Of a stretch of DNA of 64,000 nucleotides, positions 44,762 to 57,145 are shown piece after piece. This DNA is from Anthoceros angustus (Eukaryota > Plantae > Anthocerotophyta), in NCBI GenBank assembly GCA_010909165.1, contig VJWM01000107.1, forward strand, positions 806,001 through 870,000, in the 5' to 3' direction. Under the pieces are notes generated by a model that saw nothing but the letters and a program-made list of their open reading frames with translations, was not told the DNA's origin and did not search any database. How positions within the stretch are numbered: the stretch's first letter is position 1; every line of letters starts with the position of its first letter. The position numbers and the translations under genes are program-made.

Positions 44762-46468
44762 TCACATCCGCATTCGATTGTTTAAAGTATCTACGGCATC
44801 GAATACTCCTCCTCCTGTACTCTCCTGCAAGCAGATCAGCAACATGCTTTTGTTGCAGGAGATCAGCAACATGCTTTTGTTAAACACAGAGCACAATCAA
44901 CAGGATTTTGCTAAACACAGTGTGCACAGTCTAGCGAGAGGCAGGTAAGCCAACAGAAACCGAAGAATCTCACAGGCCGAAGAGCCTTACCCTGTAAGAA
45001 TCCACTGCCAGGAAATTGGACCATCGCTGAGCAGCTGCTGCATGGCAAACCGGCAACATCTGCTCGAGAGATGCAGAATTCTGCTGACAAGCAGAGTCGG
45101 GCGATGGGTCGGTAGGGAAATAGTTTTGCAAGATGAGAGTCCTAGAGGAATCGTTCAAGGCAGCAGACTCAGCCCGGTTGGAGCATTCGCCAGCCACCAT
45201 CCCGTCGTCTCCATCTGCAGCCAAGGCAACATCATCTCATTCATATGCAGCAGCAGAGGATCATATCGAATCTGAGTCACATTCCGTTTCCTGCTTACAC
45301 TTATTCTCGAGCACGTAGTTCCACTGATGCGCGATGCCCTCAATGGCTTCCTTGCTGCTGTTGGAGGTGAAAACCAGCAGCCTCCAATTTTGGGCCAGCA
45401 TCTGGTTCACCGTGGGCCAATCTTTGCCGTCGGTAGGCATGCTTTCCAGGGGAAACCAGTACTTCATCAGTCCAGCGCTGGTGAAGACATTCTTCAGTCC
45501 ATTCGGCGTGTTCACGTAGTCCTCGAAGAAGATGGTGATGATCTCACCCGGATTTGCTGTCAGAAATGCTTCGACTGTGGCCAGAGTCCGGTTCAGAGGC
45601 TCCTGTGCAAAGTTTAACCCAGTCGCATGTTAATCCTTCACTAAAATCCCATTCCTGACTGCACCACCAGTGGGCAAAAGGAAATGAACGTACAAACGAG
45701 GTGAGATCGTAGCAAACTCCTCCGAAGGAATGGCACAGCCAGATGTCCCCCCGAAAGTCATAAACGTCCAGCAGAAGACTTCGTACTCCATGCTGCACGC
45801 AAACATCCATTCCCCAGGCCCACACATTTTCAGCATTCACGTACCAGGTTGCAACAGAAGCCCAGCCGATTTCAGCCTACAGTACGATCTCCAAAAACCA
45901 CATACATTAACTGGGTTCGTACCTGCAGCTGGTCTGCAACAGATTCCTCTTGGTTGATGGGTGTCACGCGGATTCCAGTGAGCTCAGGAGCTCCCTGGTA
46001 TGCGAACGAGTTGTGGGTGGCCAGGAAAGAATATTTGTTGAAGGGCAAGGTTCCATTCTGCTGGCAACCACAGCCCGAGCCGGTAAAAAAGACTACATTA
46101 CGTGGACGTGAATTGCACTCGATGCCACGGTACCATACCTGATCATAGGGAGGGAAAGTCTGCCCCCGGTGACACCTCCGAAGCCCATCTGCCGCCCCAG
46201 CACAGGAGGCACAGTAAAGTCCCTGGCCGCAGTCTTGTTGCACCAAGCACTGGTCCAGAAGCTGCACCACAAGCTTCCATCACCGACCCCGCAACAAATG
46301 CATAACATGGCAACTAAAACAGAAACCAGCACTCCCTGCATTACCCACCCGGCATGACATCGTCCCATTCGTGCTGCAGTCGGCGTCGGCGCCCAAGACA
46401 AGCCAAGCAAAAAGCAGGATCACGAAGCTCCTGCGCACGATCATCGATTCGCTCCAAGAGCCACCCAT
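44762..46468 (-). CDS. PI-PLC X domain-containing protein (PLC-like phosphodiesterase) with signal peptide
   Basis: Signal-peptide exon (..RRSFVILLFAWLVLGADADCS..CR), Cys-rich LLDQC..DCGQGLYCASC, LPFNKYSFLATHNSFA, NQEESVADQL, GVRSLLLDVYDF..IWLCHS, EIITIFFEDYV, DWPTV..M...NWRLLVFTS, C.NRAES, NFLAVDSY; last exon 44824-44762 ESTGGGVFDAVDTLNNRMRM*. Confidence 0.9.
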
Positions 46469-47183
46469 CCCCCTGACTCCCACGGGAAATGCAATACTGC
46501 TCCTCGAACCCCCAGCTGCTCACGACCCAGCAGGCACAGGGAGACTGAGAGCAAACCCTTCTCCATCTGCGCGCACCCAGGCCAGAGATCTTGTAGTCCA
46601 ACAGCTGCAGCAGCCCAGAATGCGGTGTGCAGCAAAAGCGCCTGTGACTGAGAGAATGCATCGACCCCCCTTCGATCAATGCGTTGGTTGCGGTATGATC
46701 GGTGCATTGCGGTGGTCTATCTGGTCAAGCCTCTTTGTCGTTACTCCGGTCCCAGTGCGGGGACCAGATGGCGGTTGGTCGGTTTCTACAGGAGTCTCTC
46801 TCAGTTCACTACCACTAACTACGCGGTTTAGCTGCTCCAATCCCGTACTCTCCTTGCAAGCGGGCCTCCAACTTCGGAACGTTTGAATCTATGTAAAGTC
46901 ATGTAAATTTCGGTCGATTCCTTACACCGAGCCGCCGACCCGAGTTAGCAGCGGCACCCACGACTGTTCATGTGACCACATTGAGTGCGGGAGTTGGATG
47001 TATACTTTGAAATATATAAGGCCTTTTAATTCTCCAAACAAAAACGTGTTGCATAACTTGCGAAAAGAACTATGTTCGTCCATCTCCATCCTTCACTTTG
47101 GATACTATGTTATATCGTCCATTCTCATCCTTCACTTTAGAATACTACGTATATCTTTGGTAGCTTTGGGTAGTTGTGAATCC

Positions 47184-47640
47184 AGCTCCTCCTTCATGAA
47201 GTGGATGAACTTCCTTGCTCGTGCTGATGCATCCTTTTGCTAGCCAAGTTGGAACCCAGAGAGCTCCTCCTTCATGAAGTGGATGAACTTCCTTGCTCGT
47301 GCTGATGCATCCTTTTGCTAGCCAAGTTGGAACCCAGAGCCACGTTAAACACATACAACACCAGGGCCATGCTAAGCACATACAAAGGCAAAGATATTTG
47401 TAGGCTGCTAACTAGGATGGTATGCATACAACACCAGGGCCATGCTAAGCACATACAAAGGCAAAGATATTTGTAGGCTGCTAACTAGGATGGTATGCGG
47501 ATGCTGCCATGTACAAAAGCAAAGATGATAAAAGGTTGTAGGCCCACTAACTACGATAGTATGTGGATGCTGCCATATACAAAAGCAAAGATAATAAAGG
47601 CTATAGGCTACTAACTAGGATGGTATGTGGATGCTGTAGA
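47184..47640. repeat. Cluster of short tandem duplications (78-bp x2, ~74-bp x2, ~60-bp units with CTAACTAGGATGGTATG)
   Basis: AGCTCCTCCTTCATGAAGTGGATGAAC at 47184 and 47262; CATACAACACCAGGGCCATGCTAAGC at 47351 and 47425. Confidence 0.85.
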
Positions 47641-47911
47641 AGAAGAAGAAGAATTTTATTTAAGTCCACTAAGGACGGATTTCCGTCATGAGATTTTTCA
47701 CCTAAGTTCACTAAGGACGAATTTCCGTCATAGGACTTAGTACTTAACAACTTGTACCATGGTGTGCCAAAGCTCCTTGCACCAAGGGCATCCACTCCCT
47801 TTAGGCACCCCATCTAAGTACCGATCTATGCAGATGCTTAATCACGAAGTTCTTATAAATGGGTGTTGTTATAAATGTCTGTCCATTTGGCCTAAGCCAT
47901 TTGGACACACA
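47640..47911 (-). repeat. Right member of the inverted repeat pair (mate at 41741-41962)
   Basis: Reverse-complement similarity as described for the left member. Confidence 0.85.
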
Positions 47912-48352
47912 TGTCGGCGGCTAACTAGGACGTATGTGGATGCTGCCATGGGTATGGCATGATATGTGAATGGTATGTGGATGCTACCATGGGTATGACA
48001 TGGCATGTGTATATCCATGTGGATGATGGATGGCATGTGGCGCGACCTTACGCGTCCTCGGAACCCATCGGGTTGGAGAATGCCTGGCAGTACGTCTCGC
48101 CGTCGTTACTTCAAGTTGAAGATCACAATGCACGTAGCCGTGAAAGTATTAAATTTTCCAATTGAATATGTGCAGATGAATTTTGCAGGGGCAAACCCGG
48201 AATTGTTTGCCCCACCAGCTTAGACCTGGGCTGGCACCAGGAGAAAAAGCCTTAGACTGCATTTTGATATTTGACGAAAGACTATAGATGCAAAGCAGTC
48301 CAGTGGATACCTCCCGGACAGTTGCCACCAAAACTTTCTTCCGCTTTGCTCA

Positions 48353-50421
48353 TCAGACTACGGGTAGGGACAAGTCCTCACGGTGGGACTTCATGAACAC
48401 AACGAACAGGACCCAGCCATGGAGAAGTAACAGGTAGGTTGCAGCGATGGCTCGAGCTGCTCCATGTCGGCGAAGAATTTGAGCTCCCCCTAAGAAAAGG
48501 TGATCTATCTGCTGGAAGATGGACAACCATTGTAGGGACCTAGGTTCATGGGCTGGCAGCCATCCCTTGTCCTTAGAGCTGTATGGTCTGTTGGGACCGA
48601 GCTCCGGGTCCTCGTAGTCGGACTCCGAGGGCATGCCCTTGGTGTTCCGTTTGGTGGCTCGTGACAGTGCGGCAGATTTCTCCTCCCTCAGATTGTTTGA
48701 TATAGCCTCCAGGCGGAATACCAGAGTGGCCTTCTCCGTTGCCAAGCTTTCCACCTGTGCCTGTTTCTGAATCAGCTGATCAGTGAGCTGGTTTAGTCTA
48801 CCCTGCAACTCCACCTCCAGATCAGTTGATTTTCGTGAAGTGTCCATGATGATGTTGATCTTCGTTTCCAGATCTTTCACCTCAGCTTGCCTCTGCTGGA
48901 TTTTCCAGGCAAGTTCAACCTGCTGTTCGCGCAGAGAGTTCTCCAGTTCGTCAGGCGCTGCAAGCTCAACCTGGTGTGACAAGTTCCTTTGCCGCTGTCT
49001 ATGATGGAGAGTGGCAATTTTTCTCTCCACCTCATTGCAAGCCATCCTTTTAGCCTCCACCCTGCTGCTTGTCTCCAGCACTTTTGACAACTGCTCCTCA
49101 ACATCCCTCTGAGCAGCGGCAAGTGCCCTGGTAAGGTCCGCATTCTCTGCCTCAAGATGTGCCTCTAGAGCTAGCCCTTCCATCCTAGTTCTGCTGTGCT
49201 GCCGCCTTTCCAACTCCAGCGCCTGTGCCACTTCCATCATGCTCAGTTGGAGCTCGGCGGCCTCTTTGACCTGCTGCTCCACACCATCGGCAAGAGCACG
49301 CTCCAGAGCTTCCTTTTCGCATTCCAGTTGTTGCACAAGATTTTCTCGCTCTGCTAGAGCAGCCCTGGCAGCTTCAACAGCCAGGGATTCCAGCTCCCTC
49401 TGTTTTCTAAGCTTCCTCCTCTCAGCCGCTTTCCTCCTCACCTCGTCTTCATACTCAGAATCCGAGCCGGACTCAGGAGCCTGACTCAGAGCGTGACTCA
49501 GAACCGCTTTCCGACCCGCTGCCAGACAACGACTCCACATCTACACGTTCTTCAGCCTCATATCCCTCCCGAGACACTCGGCAGATTAATTATGATCCCT
49601 GCCTCCTGCGCCTGCGCTTGCTCATTCACAGCAGTTGTCCTCCTACCACTAGTTTCTGGAACGGGCTCTGGCAGGGTAGGCTCCAGCTCAAGGTCCACGA
49701 ACCCGTTCAAATCCTCCGTCGTGGCAGCATTCTCGGCAGCATGCACGCCATATTGCTTCGAGCAGGAACCGTGGCTCGTCTCAAGGCATCATCCAGCAAA
49801 TCCTCCACTCCACTGGGCCTTTCCAACCCCGGCGCCTCCTCCACCACCGGCTCCAATCTACCAATTCCATCATCCCACACCCCGTGAAACCCCATCCCTA
49901 CCCTCGCCACCGGCCGAAGACGCAACATCATGACCTAATCCAAGCCTGTCTCTCCCATCCGCAGCAGCACTCCACGACACACTCCCTCCGACACCCGAGG
50001 CAGCGTCCTCGCAACCAGCACTCGCAACGCCTGCTCTTCACCAACATCGTCAATCCCTCCAGGTCCAGCCTCCTCTTCACCGACTCATCCCGGAAATTCT
50101 TCACCGAGGCAGCCGCATCACTTCCCTGTCTCCTCTCCCTGCCGCCGTTCCTGCCTGCCTCACCCTGGACGACTGCGCCGCAATCTGCTTCAAGCTGGAC
50201 ACCGGCACCGCCTTGGACGTCGGGGTCGGCCCCGACCTCCGAGCACCATCCCTCCCGCTCCCGGGATCGCAGCTCCCCACACTACTGGCAAAAGGAGTGG
50301 TAGCCCGGGACTGGAAGCAGGAGACGCCAGCAGCTGCGTCCAGTCCTGATCCGGCCGAGCAGCATGCTCCTGCCGGGTGCGCGAGCAACAGGCCCGGCCT
50401 TCTTCAACCCGGACAACGTCC

Positions 50422-50453
<32 letters not shown>

Positions 50454-51554
50454 AGTTGCTGCTGCCGTGCTTGCTCTCTTCCGGGATTGCCAATCCCCAG
50501 GACGGCCGACCGTAATCCTCCGAGTCTCTGTCGAATTGTTCCCGTAACGAAGCCGGATGAGGACCGGGCTTTTCCGGCTTCCGTAGCAACCCTGCCGCCG
50601 TTCCTGCCTGCCTCACCCTGGACGACTGCGCCGCAATCTGCTTCAAGCTGGACACCGGCACCGCCTTGGACGTCGGGGTCGGCCCCGACCTCCGAGCACC
50701 ATCCTCCCGCTCCCGGGATCGCAGCTCCACACTACTGGCAAAGGTGGTAGCCCGGGACTGGAAGCAGGAGACGCCAGCAGCTGCGTCCAGTCCTGATCCG
50801 GCCGAGCAGCATGCTCCTGCCGGGTGCGCGGAGCAACAGGCCCGGCCTTCTTCAACCCGGACAACGTCCTCTGCTGCTGCTGCTGCTGCTGCTGCTGCGG
50901 TTGCTGCTGCCGTGCTTGCTCTCTTCCGGGATTGCCAATCCCCAGGACGGCCGACCGTAATCCTCCGAGTCTCTGTCGAATTGTTCCCGTAACGAAGCCG
51001 GATGAGGACCGGGCTTTTCCGGCTTCCGCAGCGACCCTGCCGCCGTTCCTGCCTGCCTCACCCTGGACGACTGCGCCGCAATCTGCTTCAAGCTGGACAC
51101 CGGCACCGCCTTGGACGTCGGGGTCGGCCCCGACCTCCGAGCACCATCCTCCCGCTCCCGGGATCGCAGCTCCCCACACTACTGGCAAAAGGTGGTAGCC
51201 CGGGACTGGAAGCAGGAGACGCCAGCAGCTGCGTCCAGTCCTGATCCGGCCGAGCAGCATGCTCCTGCCGGGTGCGCGGAGCAACAGGCCCGGCCTTCTT
51301 CCCGGACAACGTCCTCTGCTGCTGCTGCTGCTGCTGCTGCTGCGGTTGCTGCTGCCGTGCTTGCTCTCTTCCGGGATTGCCAATCCCCAGGACGGCCGAC
51401 CGTAATCCTCCGAGTCTCTGTCGAATTGTTCCCGTAACGAAGCCGGATGAGGACCGGGCTTTTCCGGCTTCCGCAGCGACTCCGCCGCTTGCTGGTCGAT
51501 CTGCTGCAGCAGCTGCTCGGCTACCTTGAGCTTGGACGAGAGCCAGGACGCCAT
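48353..51554 (-). CDS. Golgin-84 family protein (golgin candidate 2-like); frameshifted and internally triplicated as assembled
   Basis: N-terminus MASWLSSKLKVAEQLLQQIDQQAAESL; long coiled coil; LxQLTDQLIQKQAQVESLATEKATLVFRLE; C-terminal TM AIAATYLLLLHGWVLFVVF. Single-base indels relative to the second copy suggest sequencing error. Confidence 0.82.
50137..51478. repeat. ~445-450-bp segment triplicated inside the golgin 5' coding region, each unit with a CAG/polyQ tract
   Basis: CCCTGCCGCCGTTCCTGCCTGCC at ~50137, ~50590 and ~51035; only one unit is present in the second golgin copy (61150-61610). Confidence 0.9.
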
Positions 51555-52129
51555 GGCCACATCTGCCAGCGATGAGCCCAGCAAGGCCACCCTCTTGGTT
51601 TGGGAGAGAGCGTGGAGGCCTAATGAGACAAGCCTCCTTCAGTTTTCACTTCAAAACATGTATATACTGTAGGTAGTAGAGCTTTAGGCACATCACAGAC
51701 ATTATGTAGCAAAGAGAATGGAAAAATCCCGGTACCCCGAAACGAAGGGGAACTCCTCCAGGGACACCAGGCGGAGGGGACTAGCCCGCGAGGGCCAATT
51801 TTAAAACTACTTAGTGCTCCGAGAGTGTTGTGGTTTGGGATATGAAGGAAACACCCTGCTTACCCTACCGAAGATGCCACGGGCGTTACCTCTACAGCGC
51901 AATGGACACCCCAAGGTCTCGATTGGCCAACGCCCTTTACAGTTCCATTTCGACTCAGTAGACTCTGTCCGTTGATCGGGAAAACTGTGCTCAAACGGTA
52001 ACACACGACTGAGAAAATTGAGCCCAGCAATTGGGAGAGCCCTCTGTTATGTTTCCACCCAACCCTCTCGAAGGGAGGATACAACTCTGATGGTTTGCTC
52101 AGCCCACGGTGAGTCAGGCTTGGATTGTC

Positions 52130-53130
52130 TCTCCCATACGCTTTCTGCGCATCTTTGAAGATCCCACACGTCACAAACATGTTTACCAAAGCATAGCCCA
52201 CAACCTTGTATGATGTTGACGTCCTCTTCCTCTGATCTGGGCAAGAAGCTGCCCTCCCTTCTCCGGCGATGGTAAGCCTACACTTGCACAGTCCTGAGAG
52301 GGTCAGAAGTGCCACAGCGTTAGGCAAAGCTGTGGCCTTGCATTCAACTGTGTGTGTGTCAAACGGTAACACACGACTGAGAAAATTGAGCCCAGCAATT
52401 GGGAGAGCCCTGGTTATGTTTCCACCCAACCCTCTCGAAGGAGGATACAACTCTGATGGTTTAACTCAGCCCACGGTGAGTCAGGCTTGGATTGTCTCTC
52501 CCATACGCTTTCTGCGCATCTTTGAAGATCCCACACGTCACAAACATGTTTACCAAGCATAGCCCACAACCTTGTATGATGTTGACGTCCTCTTCCTCTG
52601 ATCTGGGCAAGCTGCCCTCCCTTCTCCGGCGATGGTAAGCCTACACTTGCACAGTCCTGGAGGGTCAGAAGTGCCACAGCGTTAGGCAAAGCTGTGGCCT
52701 TGCATTCAACTGTAAGGATCCAGGGCGTCCTCACCCATACCTGGCTAAAAATATCAGGCAATGATTGTGGTCCAAATCAAGACTTCCCTCTGTTTGATAT
52801 GTGCAGATAATGATGGCAGACAACGAGAATCCCTTGGCCTCCACCACCAGGGTGAACACCGCCATGGCTTCCTACTATCTGCCATGAGAAGCATACAACC
52901 TGCAGAGTGTGGTTGCACAAGAGTGTGTCCGACTGATGCCCGCTTCTCACCACGGGAGCATGGACACAGCGACCTTGAATCAGATCACTCGTCAAGGACA
53001 GTATAAAAGATTGGGAAATCCGACAGTCTGCCTTCAGCACCAGCACTCCCAGACCCTCAACAGCCTCCCTGGGCTGCCCCTGCCTTCATCTTGCGGTTTA
53101 AGAAGTCACGACCATTTCAGATCCTGCTAT
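52130..53130 (-). pseudogene. PLS-class PPR pseudogene (copy 1; copy 2 at ~62260-62900)
   Basis: Fragments MKAGQPREAVE, DLIQGRCVHAPVVRSGHQSDT, LYASHGR**EAMAVF, REVLIWTTIIA*, LPNAVALL and GYALVNMFVTCGIFKDAQK; the stops are shared by both copies. Confidence 0.65.
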
Positions 53131-53164
53131 TGACAAGACTAGCACTTACAAGGAAGCTCCACTT

Positions 53165-54330
53165 ATCCACCTGCACATCCATAGCCACAAGTGAACGGGA
53201 GCTCAGAGGAACTGGTTTAGAGGAGTAGAATTTGTTCAAACAAATCCTATCGCTCCTAGACCGGCTGCTCCCAGCTTCCTCCCAGCTTCCTCCTCCTCAA
53301 CCTTGCAGTCAAGCCGCCGGACCTGTTCATGGGACACCAAGTATCCATCTGCACATCCATAGTAGCACGCGAACGGGAGCTCAGACGAGCTGGTTCAGGA
53401 GGAGTAGAATTTGACCTACCAACTTCTATCGCTCCTAGACCGGCTGCTCACAGCTTCCTCTTCACAAACCTCACAGTCAAGGGACCAGACCTATTCGTGT
53501 AACACACGGTATCCTCACATCCATAGCAGCAAGCGAACGGAAGCTCGGAGGAGCTGGTGTAGGAGGCGTAGAATTTGACCTAACAAATTCTGTCGCTCCT
53601 AGACCAGTTGCTCCCAAGCTTCCTCTTCACAACCTGACCGTCAAGACGCCCGACCCAGTCGTGTAACACCCGGTATCCATCTGCACATCCGTGGCAGCAA
53701 GCGAACGGAAGCTCGGAGGAGCTGGTTTAGAGGCGTAGAATTTGACCCCGCTAACAAATTCTGTCGCGCCTAGACCAGTTGCTCCCAGCTTCCCCTTCAC
53801 AAACCTAACCGTCCAGGCGCCCGATCCATTCTGTAACACCAAGTATCCATCTGCACATCCGTGGCAGCAAGCGAACGGCGGGCGGGAAGCTCGGAGAAGC
53901 TGGTTTAGGAGGCGCAGAATTTGACCTAACAAATTCTGTCGCGCCTAGACCAGTTGCTCCCAGCTTCCTCTTCACAAACATAACCGTCCAGGCGCCCGAT
54001 CCATTCGTGTAACACCCGGTATCCATCTGCACATCCGTGGCAGCAAGCGAACGGAAGCTCGGAGGAGCTGGTTTAGGAGGCGTAGAATTTGACCTAACAA
54101 AATCTGTCGCGCCTAGACCAGTTGCTCCCAGCTTCCCTTCACAACCTAACAGTCAAGCGTGAGGTAACACCCCGGATCATCTGTACATCCTTAGCAGGAA
54201 GCGAACGGGAGCTCAGAGGAACTGGTTTAGGAGGCGTAGAATTTGCCCTAACAAACTCATCGCTCCTAGACCGGCTCCCAGCTTCCTCTGGGGTGAACCT
54301 AACAGTCAAGCCGCTAAACCTGTTCGTGGA
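53165..54330. repeat. ~168-bp tandem array (~7 units)
   Basis: GTAGAATTTGACCTAACAAATTCTGTCGC(G/T)CCTAGACC core recurs at ~155-180 bp spacing; further arrays at ~57145-57530 and 62930-64000. Confidence 0.92.
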
Positions 54331-56933
54331 ACACCAGGCATCGCACCAATTTCTTGTTCCCAGAACCTGCTGGCTCTGACGCCATCCTCGTGAACAGCGT
54401 GAATGTACAGCGTGCCAGACAGCTATGATTCGCAGAGGCATGCGCGTCCTACCACCTTTACCCCAAACCCTAAACCCGTCCTCGACTCACTTCAATAAAA
54501 ACATAATAGACTATTTACATACTTTGTTTCAAAGTGGACGTGAACAGGTAGCAGGAAGCCCCGGTTTTGCGGAAGATTTTGCTGTTTCGAATGCGAGCTG
54601 TAAGTGGATCTGGTGCGATCTGCTTAACTAAAGCATTTTCAATGAGGGCAGGAGGCGGGCCGCCGGAGGTTCGTCTATACAGGTGCAGACAATCTTTGAG
54701 TCGGCAGTGCATGCGGGGATTCTGGTGTTGGGATTCATGTTCATCACTGACAGATTCCCGTGAAGTTTGTGTCAAAGTTCGCTAAAGTGGGTGTGAAAGG
54801 GAGTTTGAGGCCGATCGGTCTGCAGCTGTGCAAGCTGGAGGCGAAGGAGATCAAACCATTTCGGAACTTCAACGTGCAGAGAACTGGAGCAACTCCAACC
54901 TCTTTCTTTTCATATCTCCGAGAAGACTGCCTTGGCTACCAGGAGGTGGACCAAAGTTTATGCAAGAATTGTTGAGAAAAGCAACGATAGGTGACCGGCG
55001 GCTAGGGACTTGCAGATTCAACCAGCAAAGTTTATGCAAGAATTGTTGAGAAAAGCAACGATAGGTGACGGCGGCTAGGGACTTGCAGATTCATATATTA
55101 AGCATTTGTAGGCTGGAACTCGACCAGGTCATGGATGTCAATTGTTGGAATAGGAAGTGCCTCGTCTAATGTACTTAATATTGTTTTATGAAGTGTATAG
55201 ATCGCATGCATCTTATGCTTGCAAATAGAATCATGCACCTTGAAATTTGAACCGTGATATAGTTTTTTCCCCAATCTAGTGCCCTAGCCCTTAATTGTGT
55301 GAAGCCATGGTGTTTAAAATGAATTGAGTTCAGGTTGTTGGGCACTAGTGCGAGGCAATGGTTGCTCTCTTGTTTGTGCAATTTGAATATTGTTTCATTT
55401 GCGGAGTGGAGTTCCCCATACAAACAAGATGAACACATCTTCTTCTTTTTCTTCTCATCTCTTATCTATTTAAGTAGCTAATGTTTGGTAACCAAACTTT
55501 TCAATAATAGAAAATATTTATGTGAGAAACTCAATGAAAAGAAAATAAATATTCATTTACCTACAACTAGAAAATACTATGCATTCATAACTATGTAATA
55601 TACCCATGAAACTTAGAATAGCTTTAAACGAACTAAGCTCTATTTAATTTGAACGAAAAAAGTCACGATAAGTGTATGGATTTCATGCCTTGGCCTACTT
55701 TTCTCTAATAAGTTAGCGTTGATTTTGTTGTGTTTCTTCACTATTCCAACAAATGGAGTCATGCACTTGTATGCTCCGCACTTGAGGAAGGTAGAGAGTG
55801 AGCAAATTCAAAGAATACTTAGTACCTTTAGCAAAATATATTTTAGAGTGCCCTCTAAAGAGATGTAAGACCCACATGCATAACTTGCCCACCACCTATG
55901 ATACTAGTTTGTGATTGTAAGAAACAAAGTATCGCACCTTTAGTATAACATTCCTTCTTATTGCATAAGTAAACCAAGACGGAAAATATGCTAGTACACA
56001 TCCCGCATGCTTTGACAAAATGGGGAGGTCTTTTTCACCTAGAACTTCTTTGTACTGTCCTCCGGATGCAAAGTATATCCGGAAGAGTTAGGTAGTCCTA
56101 CGGTCTTTTTCACCTAGAACTTCTTTGCACGTCTCCGAATACAAAGTATATATCCGGAAGAGTTAGGTAGTCCTACAACCATGCGATCTTATGAACAATG
56201 GGATTGCGACATTCTTCTTCTACATTTAGAATACATTTAGAAGAATGTCACAATCCCATTGTTCTTCTCTTCTTCTTCTTCAAAATTTGTGACATTTTTA
56301 TGAAGATAGTGGTAGTGGAATGTCTTCTCATATTCTTGTAGGCGGTCCGGATGTGAGTGCAGGCGTGTATGGTGGCCGACAATTGGGGTGGCCAATCACC
56401 CCGCACTTCGCGGCCGATTAGCTTGCCGGGTGACGTGGCCCTGGACGGAGTACTCTTCGCGCATGGCATGGGAGATCAAGGAGATAAGGCGCGTGCTGGG
56501 TCTATGAGATCGCTTGGCTTGGGCCAACTTCAACCGCCATGCATCACAAGTGTTGAACGCGGTGGATATTTGCGGCGCATGATATCCTAGTCCCGATCCC
56601 AGATCTCGAGGTATGCATAGCTGCCCGGCCGGCTGCGGGCGTTGGGGTCATTGGATAGCATTACCCTTAATTCCCCTTTGGCAAGTGATCGCAAAGCTCC
56701 GACTCCACCTCTAGCTCGCATGCAATGTCCGGTGAAGTGCTCGTGAATTTATTGCCTTGCGGTCCGGATCTAGAGCACCCATGACCGCCGTGTCGCGCGA
56801 CAATACACACCGGATCTCACGGTGCGGTCGTGCCACGCCGCCCGCCGGATACATATATTTCCTTCAACGCTAGGGATCGGCGGGGAGTGGAAGTCAGCAG
56901 CGCAAACCGGATCCGACCCACCCACAACCCGCC

Positions 56934-57145
56934 ATGGCGGGCGGAGTCATCCACACTCCCGCCGAGGGAAGCGATGACGACAAGGTGACCCGTGCGTGGT
57001 GGTGGCGTGCATCGTGGCGGCCACGGCGGGCTCATCTTCGGCCACGACATCGGAGTGTCGGGCGGGGGTCGGGCATGGACGACTTCCTCTCCGATTCTTC
57101 TGTGTCCGCAAGCACAACGCCAAGGAGGCGACTCACGCCAGGAGG
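56934..57145 (+). pseudogene. 5' fragment of a sugar transport protein (STP, MFS) gene
   Basis: Frameshifted reading MAGGVIH...KVT..VVACIVAA.GGLIFG.DIGVSGG..GMDDFL..FF matches the STP N-terminus; it runs abruptly into the 168-bp repeat. Confidence 0.75.
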
